A stretch of DNA of 64,000 nucleotides from Candidatus Woesearchaeota archaeon (GTDB lineage Archaea > Nanobdellota > Nanobdellia > Woesearchaeales > JABGXB01): positions 267,821 through 331,820 of the forward strand of contig JABGXB010000003.1 of NCBI GenBank assembly GCA_018675975.1, read 5' to 3'. Below are positions 57,619 to 64,000 of this stretch, in pieces; the first letter of the stretch is position 1, and the number at the start of each line of letters is the position of its first letter. Below the pieces are notes generated by a model. The model worked only from the letters and a program-made list of their open reading frames with translations. It had not been told where the DNA came from and did not search any database. Position numbers and translations under genes: made by a program.

Positions 57619-59049
57619 ATGATAAAAACTAATATTGGAATAAGCACATTTAATGATATGGATATTAGTCTTGAATCTAAAGAAACAAGAGAAAATAGTA
57701 ATTTAGAAGCAACCTTAGAACAAGTAGAAGTTAATGAACTTGATTCTCAAAAAGAAATTGAAGAATATAAACAAGAAATTACTAATTTTTTACCACAATT
57801 ATATGAAATTTTATTTGAAAATGGTAGAATTAAAGATAGTATGAAATCATTTAATGAAATAGAATTAAGTGATTTAGAAAATGAATTAAATTCACGTGAA
57901 ATTGATCCACAAAAAGAATCAAGAAGATCATTGACATTGAAACAATTAGTTAATTACACTAGGTCAAATTTAAAAGTTGATTATAAAGATGAATATAATC
58001 AAAAAAATGTTATTATTATTGACTATTTCGGAACTAAAATTGCATTAGATGATTCATTTTTAAAAATATTTCAAAAAAATAAAAGCAAATTAAAAATTAA
58101 AGATCTTAATCAAAAGAATATAGAAGACTTAAAAAAACAAATTAGTGAAATAGAAAAAAAATATGAACATCTTAAACCAGAAAGTAAAAAAAAAGAAAGT
58201 AAAATAAATTTTAAAAAATTGGCAACTATTGCAGCTACAACAGCAACAATATGTATGGGATCATATTTAACATTATATGGAATAATACATTATAATAGTA
58301 TAAATGAAGAACAAAGAATTATTAGTCAAAATGAATTATTCTTAAGCCCACGTAAAAACTTTCAAAGAAGTATAAAAAATAAAAAAACTAAAATTGATAA
58401 TTTTTTATTATATGAAACTACCGATTTTGGACAATTATCAAATTCTAAATTGCGTGAGTTAGATAATATAGATTTTAATCAAATGTTTTCAATTGATAAA
58501 AATAAATATCAAAATATACCTGAAAGATTATTAGAAAAAAAAATCAAAGAATTTTCACAATATGAAAATGAATTTGTTTTAGCTATAAAAAATATTTGTA
58601 AAAAAATTGCAAAGTCTATTGATGAATTTAATAATCAATATAAAAATAATACATTTAAAATAGAAAAACAATTAGCTCAAAAAATATCAGAAGATGTTAA
58701 ACAAAATAATAGATCATTACCAAGTATAATGTACACATTTTTAACAGAAAAAAATGTTTCTTTGTATATTAAAAATAGAGTTAAGAACAAAAATTCCGAA
58801 ATATTAAATTATAAAAGAGTAACCAACCCAAATAAATTACAAATTAATTATCTAATGGAAATGACTTTAAATTCTTATTTTACTAATGGAATTGAAACTG
58901 CAATAAAAACACAACTTGGAGTGGATTCATATTTGGATTATTTAGATAGTAAAAATCAAGATGAAATAAAATTAAAGGCACCAAAAACATTAACTCATTT
59001 AATTCAAAAAATAAATCAATTTATAATACATAAAAACAAAAATTTTTAA
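57619..59049 (+). CDS. Hypothetical protein with a central TM segment and coiled-coil N-terminal half
   Basis: A 476 aa protein with a single hydrophobic segment (LATIAATTATICMGSYLTLYGII). A TATA word lies at 57582-57590. Confidence 0.5.
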   Translation: MIKTNIGISTFNDMDISLESKETRENSNLEATLEQVEVNELDSQKEIEEYKQEITNFLPQLYEILFENGRIKDSMKSFNEIELSDLENELNSREIDPQKESRRSLTLKQLVNYTRSNLKVDYKDEYNQKNVIIIDYFGTKIALDDSFLKIFQKNKSKLKIKDLNQKNIEDLKKQISEIEKKYEHLKPESKKKESKINFKKLATIAATTATICMGSYLTLYGIIHYNSINEEQRIISQNELFLSPRKNFQRSIKNKKTKIDNFLLYETTDFGQLSNSKLRELDNIDFNQMFSIDKNKYQNIPERLLEKKIKEFSQYENEFVLAIKNICKKIAKSIDEFNNQYKNNTFKIEKQLAQKISEDVKQNNRSLPSIMYTFLTEKNVSLYIKNRVKNKNSEILNYKRVTNPNKLQINYLMEMTLNSYFTNGIETAIKTQLGVDSYLDYLDSKNQDEIKLKAPKTLTHLIQKINQFIIHKNKNF

Positions 59050-59071
59050 AAAAACTTAATTTTAAAATAAT

Positions 59072-60133
59072 ATGAAAATTTGTCCAAAATGTCAAAAAAA
59101 TGAAACAAATAATAAATTTTGTAATTTTTGTTATTCGAATCTATTAAATATAATATTAAAAGAAAAATATGATTTAGAAAAATGTAATGATTGTAAATCT
59201 ATTTTTATTACAAATAAACAATATAAACAAATAAATGAAAAAACTTTTATTGAATTATTATTGGGCCAAATTAGATTTAATAATCAATATAATTTAGATG
59301 TTGAAAATGTAGATGCGGCATATTATAATTATGATAGAAAAGATATTGAATTTGAAATAGAAAATATAAAATTTGTAATCTTAGATATTGATTTAATCAT
59401 AGACATAAAAGAATTTGAAAATATAGAACAAAAAATTAATTTGAAAAAGAAAATTGAATATAAAATAGTTAATAATAAATGTAAAGAATGTCAGAAATTT
59501 GATTCAGAATATTTTGAAGGAATATTACAAGTTAGATTTGATAAAAAAGAATTTAATAATGATTATCAAAATATTAAAGAAAAAATTAAAGAAATTATAA
59601 TTGACTATAGAGCTCAAATTAATAAAATGGTGGAATTAGAAAATGGAATCGATTTTTATGTCCTTAATAAAAAATTATTGCCAAATATGGGTAATTTAAT
59701 ATTAAATAAAATTGTTGGTGAAGAAAAAATTTCAGCAACTTTGTTTTCAAGAAATAATCAAACAAGTAAAGATATATATAGATTAAAATATTTGACAAAA
59801 TTAAAAAATTTATTTTTATTTGATTATATTGAATATAATGGTGAAGTTTATCAAATAATTAAAATTAAGAAAAAGAATTTAATTGCAAAAAATATTATTA
59901 ATAATCAAAATACAAATTTATATAATAATATAGCAGATATAAATAAAATAAATGAATTTTTAGAAGCAGAAGTAATTAGAATACAACCTAATATTCAAAT
60001 ACTCGATCCAATAGATTTTTCTGTTAAAAATATTATTAATGAATCTGAACAAATAAAACAAAAATTAAATTATGATAGTAAAGTAAATATCATTAGATTA
60101 GAAGATAAAATATATATAGTTGACCAAAATTAA
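59072..60133 (+). CDS. NMD3-family protein (archaeal homolog of the 60S export adaptor, COG1499-like)
   Basis: Four CxxC pairs (CPKC, CNFC, CNDC, CKEC) and the FEGILQVR motif, at about 350 aa. Confidence 0.7.
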   Translation: MKICPKCQKNETNNKFCNFCYSNLLNIILKEKYDLEKCNDCKSIFITNKQYKQINEKTFIELLLGQIRFNNQYNLDVENVDAAYYNYDRKDIEFEIENIKFVILDIDLIIDIKEFENIEQKINLKKKIEYKIVNNKCKECQKFDSEYFEGILQVRFDKKEFNNDYQNIKEKIKEIIIDYRAQINKMVELENGIDFYVLNKKLLPNMGNLILNKIVGEEKISATLFSRNNQTSKDIYRLKYLTKLKNLFLFDYIEYNGEVYQIIKIKKKNLIAKNIINNQNTNLYNNIADINKINEFLEAEVIRIQPNIQILDPIDFSVKNIINESEQIKQKLNYDSKVNIIRLEDKIYIVDQN

Positions 60134-60225
60134 CCAAAGTCAAAAGAGATAATTTTACAATCAATAGGAATTATATATATTGAATTGGAACAAAGTTTTA
60201 TATACATATTTAAAAAAATAAAAAT

Positions 60226-60387
60226 ATGGAAAAATATGGTATTTTTTATGATCAAATTAAAATTGATAGAATAAAAAATATGAAACAAGAAGAAAATCAT
60301 AATTTTAAAATTCCATTAAGTAAATATTTTATTTATATTTTAATATATATTATCCTAATAATATTAATAAATATTTTATTTAAATGA
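60226..60387 (+). CDS. Possible small tail-anchored membrane protein (below the ORF-track cutoff)
   Basis: I translate 53 codons as MEKYGIFYDQIKIDRIKNMKQEENHNFKIPLSKYFIYILIYIILIILINILFK. It lies in an otherwise empty 240 bp gap, and its end overlaps the convergent 3' end of the AMP phosphorylase gene by 12 bp. Confidence 0.25.
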   Translation: MEKYGIFYDQIKIDRIKNMKQEENHNFKIPLSKYFIYILIYIILIILINILFK

Positions 60388-61878
60388 ATAAGGATCAGCT
60401 AATTTTAAAAAATTATTAATTTGATTTAATTTAATGTTTGTATATGAATATACTCTAAATAGAATTTCATTTTTTTTAACTTTATCATTTTGTTTTTTTA
60501 ATAAATAAACACCACATCCTTTATGACTTGGAGCTCCAGCCATTTTTGCAATTTTACTTATAATTTTATTATCAATTTGTTTTACAATACCAGATTTATT
60601 TGATTTAACTTCATATATACATTTTGATAATTTATTTTTTAAATTATTAGTGCCATTTATTTTTTTCCCACCTTGTGCCACAATTATTTCATTAAATTTA
60701 TCAAATGCTTTATTAGAATATAAAATGTCACGAGCTACAATTTCACCTTGACCTTTTTTATATAAACCACCAAGCTCTAACATATTACCAGCTAATTTAA
60801 TACTTTTATCAATTAAATCTTTTAAATGATCATGTTGATTTTTTAATACATCATAAACATCGATTGCCTCTAAAACGGGACCCAAACCACAACCAATTGG
60901 ATTTTTTCCATCAGTTAAAACAGCATGAACATTTAGTCCAATTGAATGTCCTACTTTTTCAAAATCAGATTTTAATGAAAGTGCGTCTTTTTTTGAGCTT
61001 ATTTTAGAACCCATCCCATAAGGAATATCAATTAATACTTTATTACTACTAACACTTCTTTTTTTGGATAAAACTGAAGCTATTAATTGACCTCTTGGAT
61101 CTAAAGAAAGAGGATGTTCAACATTAATTATTATATCATCTGCAGGAGCTAAATCTAAAGCCCCACCCCATGTAATACATGCACCAGTTTTTTTTACAAC
61201 TTTTTTCATTTTAGAAATATCTAAATCTACATTAGTAAAAACTTCAAATGTATCTGCAGTACCAGCAGGAGATGTAATTGAACGTGAAGAAGTTTTAGGA
61301 ACTACATAACCTGCAACTGCTAATATTGGAACAACAATCATTGTAGTTCTATTTCCAGCAACACCACCTATACAATGCTTATCAATCACATTTTTAGAAC
61401 CAAATTTAATTATTTTACCAGTTTCAACCATGGATTTAGTTAATGCAATTGTTTCATCTAAATTTAAAGGATTACAATAACAAGCACTAACAAAATATGT
61501 AATTTCAACTTCAGTTAATATATTGTCTTTTATATCATTAATAATTTTTGTAAATTGATCTTTATTTAATCTTTCACCTTGTAATTTCTTTTTAATATAA
61601 TTTAATGTAATAGGTTCATTAATGTGAAATAATCTAACAATATCATTATGTTTTAAATTTAATTTTTCTCTTACTTCATCTAATACACCAACTTGGCCAT
61701 TTTTTAAAAAATCCGAATCAATTATATCAACCATAGCAATAAGTTCTTTTTTATTAAATCTAATACCCATTCTACTTTTTGGAGGAATATTTAATTTTGC
61801 ACAATCATATTTAGTTAAATATACTACTAAAGGACCACCAGTTTTAATTTTAATTTTTTTTATTTTAAAGTACATCAT
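60376..61878 (-). CDS. deoA: AMP phosphorylase (archaeal thymidine-phosphorylase family, DeoA-type)
   Basis: A ~500 aa protein with the extra N-terminal domain and the motifs IDKHCIGGVAGNRTT and PKTSSRSITSPAGTADTFE. Confidence 0.85.
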   Translation of the reverse strand: MMYFKIKKIKIKTGGPLVVYLTKYDCAKLNIPPKSRMGIRFNKKELIAMVDIIDSDFLKNGQVGVLDEVREKLNLKHNDIVRLFHINEPITLNYIKKKLQGERLNKDQFTKIINDIKDNILTEVEITYFVSACYCNPLNLDETIALTKSMVETGKIIKFGSKNVIDKHCIGGVAGNRTTMIVVPILAVAGYVVPKTSSRSITSPAGTADTFEVFTNVDLDISKMKKVVKKTGACITWGGALDLAPADDIIINVEHPLSLDPRGQLIASVLSKKRSVSSNKVLIDIPYGMGSKISSKKDALSLKSDFEKVGHSIGLNVHAVLTDGKNPIGCGLGPVLEAIDVYDVLKNQHDHLKDLIDKSIKLAGNMLELGGLYKKGQGEIVARDILYSNKAFDKFNEIIVAQGGKKINGTNNLKNKLSKCIYEVKSNKSGIVKQIDNKIISKIAKMAGAPSHKGCGVYLLKKQNDKVKKNEILFRVYSYTNIKLNQINNFLKLADPYSFK

Positions 61879-62942
61879 TTTCCATTTGCTTTATTCATTT
61901 TAAAATAAATTTTCATTAAGTTATAGGTAATAATTACAATAAACGGACCTATTATCAAACCACTTAGTCCAAAAATTGAAAGACCACCTAATACACCTAA
62001 AATAATAAAGTATACATCAATTAAAACTAAGTTTGCCATTACTTTTGGTTTTATTATATTATCAATAGAACCAACAATAACACCACCTATGAAAATAATG
62101 ATTGCATCTGAAAAATATGGAATTCCTGTTGACATACCAAATAAAACTTTAAAAATTAAAAGTGGCATCCAAATAAGACCCGTACCCAAAAAAGGAATTG
62201 ATCCTAAAAGACCAGTTAAAATACCAAACACTATGGGGTATTCTATATTTGCTAAATAATAAGCAAAACCTGCAATAATTGCCTGTATAAATGCAGTTAA
62301 TAAAAATCCAAATGTAAAACCTTTTAATAAATTATGAAATTCCTTAAACAAGTTTTTAGTATCTTTTGAATTTAATGGACTCAATTTACATATTGCCTTA
62401 TAAATTTCTAATTTTTTTGATAAAAAATACCACATTGATAAAAATGTTAAAAATAAAAATAACATTAAATCTGGAAGTAATAATATAAATTTTGAAAATA
62501 TATTAAATGAATTTTCTAAAAATCCTGAACCACTTTTATTTTTTGAATTAAATATATCAGACAAATACCTTTGTGCAGTAATATCATCTCTTAAAGCATC
62601 AAATTTAATAACAATATCACATAAAAAATCTCCTTCACAAGTTGTTATTTCCCCTCTAGCATATTTTTGAATTGTATTAATTGAATTATCAATTTTAAAA
62701 AAAAATGATTGTGTAATAAAATAAATTATTAATAATATAATAAAAATTGTTAAAAATGTAATAAATGCAGATCTATAATCTTTATCTTTAATGAAAGTAA
62801 ATCTATCTTGAAGTGGACTAAAAATAAAAGTTAAAAATGCACCAAAAACTATAGCAGCTAAAAAACTTGAAAATAGCCAAATTGAAAGAACTAAAAATAC
62901 AATCAAAAGTAAATTTACAGATTTTTTTCTATCGATATTCAC
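61875..62942 (-). CDS. AI-2E family transporter (second paralog)
   Basis: A polytopic membrane protein with the motif LLGSIPFLGTGLIWMP...DNIIKPKVMA. It uses a GTG start 12 nt downstream of the tRNA-Val 3' end, and its stop overlaps the deoA start. Confidence 0.8.
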   Translation of the reverse strand: MNIDRKKSVNLLLIVFLVLSIWLFSSFLAAIVFGAFLTFIFSPLQDRFTFIKDKDYRSAFITFLTIFIILLIIYFITQSFFFKIDNSINTIQKYARGEITTCEGDFLCDIVIKFDALRDDITAQRYLSDIFNSKNKSGSGFLENSFNIFSKFILLLPDLMLFLFLTFLSMWYFLSKKLEIYKAICKLSPLNSKDTKNLFKEFHNLLKGFTFGFLLTAFIQAIIAGFAYYLANIEYPIVFGILTGLLGSIPFLGTGLIWMPLLIFKVLFGMSTGIPYFSDAIIIFIGGVIVGSIDNIIKPKVMANLVLIDVYFIILGVLGGLSIFGLSGLIIGPFIVIITYNLMKIYFKMNKANGK

Positions 62943-62954
62943 ACCTCTTTCAAC

Positions 62955-63026
62955 ATGGACCTAGCCGGGATCGAACCGGCGATCTTTACTAAGTCAAAGT
63001 AACGTCATACCACTAGACCATAGGTC
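62955..63026 (-). tRNA. tRNA-Val (GAC)
   Basis: The reverse complement gives a 72 nt cloverleaf: acceptor GGACCTA/TAGGTCC, anticodon stem TTACT/AGTAA with loop TTGACTT, T-arm GCCGG-TTCGATC-CCGGC, and discriminator A. Position 37 is U, which is unusual. Confidence 0.85.
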
Positions 63027-63048
63027 CTTAATTATATTCTAATATATT

Positions 63049-63057
63049 TGTTTATAA
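63049..63057 (-). promoter_or_regulatory. Candidate TATA box (cttataaac on the minus strand) for tRNA-Val
   Basis: It lies about 25 nt upstream of tRNA-Val position 1 and downstream of the oligo-T that follows tRNA-Ser(TGA). Confidence 0.45.
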
Positions 63058-63077
63058 GAATATCGAATAAAATAAAA

Positions 63078-63160
63078 ACGCCGAGACTGAGATTCGAACT
63101 CAGAATCCCTTACGGGACAAGCTTTCAAGGCTTGCGCAATACCAGATTATGCGATCTCGG
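63078..63160 (-). tRNA. tRNA-Ser (TGA)
   Basis: The reverse complement gives an 83 nt cloverleaf: acceptor GCCGAGA/TCTCGGC, anticodon stem CAAGC/GCTTG with loop CTTGAAA, long variable arm TCCCGTAAGGGAT, T-arm CTGAG-TTCGAAT-CTCAG, and discriminator G. Confidence 0.9.
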
Positions 63161-63201
63161 CAACGTTTTTGACGAATCGCGACCATTAATGAAATTAATG
63201 A

Positions 63202-63216
63202 CATGCGATCTCGGCA
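63202..63216 (-). repeat. Direct repeat of the tRNA-Ser(TGA) 5' end (2 nt of leader plus positions 1-13)
   Basis: The 15 bp atgcgatctcggcaa is identical at 63148-63162 and 63202-63216 (plus-strand coordinates). The spacer contains the palindrome cattaatgaaattaatg at 63183-63199. Confidence 0.65.
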
Positions 63217-63255
63217 ATCTTAAATACATTCTCAAAAATTATTGTTTTTATAAAA

Positions 63256-64000
63256 TTAATGACTTTTTGCAATATAAACCACATGTTTTGCAGGTTTACC
63301 ACAAACAATACAATTACAAAATACTTCCTCATTTTTATTAAACCAAACACCTCTTACTTCAGCTTTTGTTTCTTTTTCAATTACTCCAGCACATTCCGCA
63401 CCATCCATATCAATTGAACAAAATGAAGTTCTTATCATTTTACCATCATCAATATTTTTTTTAATATCATTTTTATTTTGAACATCTATTACAGTTTTAT
63501 CAAATACTTCATCTGCTTGAGAAATCATATTTTGAGTAAAAGTTTCTTTAATTGAATTAATATGAGGAATTAAATCATTCATTGAAACAGTATTTTTTTC
63601 AGATATGTCTCTTCTAAAAATAATAATTTGATTATTTTCAACATCACGCGGACCAACTTCAATTCTTATAGGAACACCTTTTAATTCCCAATGATTATAT
63701 TTGTAACCCGGGCTAAATTCTTTTCTATCATCAATTTTAACAGAATAATTTAATTTTTCTAATTGATTTTTTATTAACTCCACTCTAGAATCTACAATAT
63801 CAAATTTATTTTTAAAATAAATTGGAATAATTATTATTTGTAATGGAGCTATATCCCAAGGTAATTTTAAACCAGTATCATCACCATGAAATGTTATTAA
63901 AGCACCATAATTTCTAGAATGACATGGACCATAACAAGTAATCCAACCTAATTTTTCACTTTCATCCTTATCTTTAAATTTAACATTAAATGCCTCACTA
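63256..64000 (-). CDS. proS: Prolyl-tRNA synthetase, archaeal/eukaryotic type (3' part; 5' end lies beyond the window)
   Basis: The reading frame stays open from 63999 down to the stop at 63256. It encodes FHGDDTGLKLPWDIAPLQIIIIPI (class II motif-3 / anticodon-domain junction) and a C-terminal Zn-type tail CNCIVCGKPAKH. The track's Met at 63783 is an internal GTG. Confidence 0.85.
   Translation of the reverse strand, partial: SEAFNVKFKDKDESEKLGWITCYGPCHSRNYGALITFHGDDTGLKLPWDIAPLQIIIIPIYFKNKFDIVDSRVELIKNQLEKLNYSVKIDDRKEFSPGYKYNHWELKGVPIRIEVGPRDVENNQIIIFRRDISEKNTVSMNDLIPHINSIKETFTQNMISQADEVFDKTVIDVQNKNDIKKNIDDGKMIRTSFCSIDMDGAECAGVIEKETKAEVRGVWFNKNEEVFCNCIVCGKPAKHVVYIAKSH

Noticed and set aside
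63048-63341. 97 aa plus-strand ORF from the six-frame track
   Set aside because: It runs antisense across tRNA-Ser(TGA), its leader duplication and the 3' end of proS. These better-supported features explain the region.
1-64000. CRISPR arrays, rRNA genes, transposases, integrases and a provirus
   Set aside because: I saw no regularly spaced repeats and no non-coding stretch long enough for rRNA (the largest gaps are ~300 bp). No ORF has DDE, tyrosine-recombinase, serine-recombinase or capsid/terminase-like motifs that I could recognise. The tRNA and gene-end duplications therefore have no associated recombinase in this window.

Overview
This 64 kb window is very AT-rich (roughly three-quarters A+T by eye, not computed) and densely coding. 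It looks like a small-genome archaeon, probably DPANN-like (inference). Archaeal markers are GatD/GatE, Pth2, Cdc48, Spt5, an initiator tRNA and a tRNA-Gln that both have an A1:U72 pair, and a recurring cTTATAAAt TATA box about 20-30 nt upstream of ATGs, which suggests mostly leaderless transcripts. Several gene families better known from bacteria are mixed in: NrdR, BolA, monothiol Grx, AI-2E transporters, long-form ThyX and a U32 peptidase. I call about 65 CDS, 5 tRNAs (iMet-CAT, Ser-GCT, Gln-TTG, Val-GAC, Ser-TGA) and one LAGLIDADG intein inside a class II ribonucleotide reductase. I found no rRNA, CRISPR array, transposase or integrase.

Recognisable blocks:
- bolA-grx, then a cNMP-binding protein coupled to an AI-2E transporter
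- HTH regulator with sufB-sufD-sufS-sufC-DUF59
- gatE-gatD
- Nudix, HAD nucleotidase and cdc48
- FKBP, ftsZ and spt5
- wHTH, U32 and ferredoxin
- a deoxynucleotide supercluster: orphan, ThyX-long, ParB-like, Tmk-HAD fusion, nrdR and nrdJ with intein
- paralogous surface proteins
- pth2, radical SAM, and a UPF0175/PIN-like pair
- Lrp
- tRNA-Gln followed by three orphan genes
- NMD3
- tRNA-Ser, tRNA-Val, AI-2E and AMP phosphorylase
- proS, truncated at the window edge

Best candidates for something undescribed:
1. The ThyX-long / ParB-Srx-fold / kinase-phosphatase operon at 28.7-32.9 kb.
2. The orphan island next to tRNA-Gln at 55.1-59.0 kb.
3. Three partial-gene duplications (AI-2E 3' end, tRNA-Ser-GCT 3' end, tRNA-Ser-TGA 5' end). 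They look like recombination or integration scars, and one of them encloses a compact four-hairpin element.

All functional calls come from motif recognition by eye. No database search was run.
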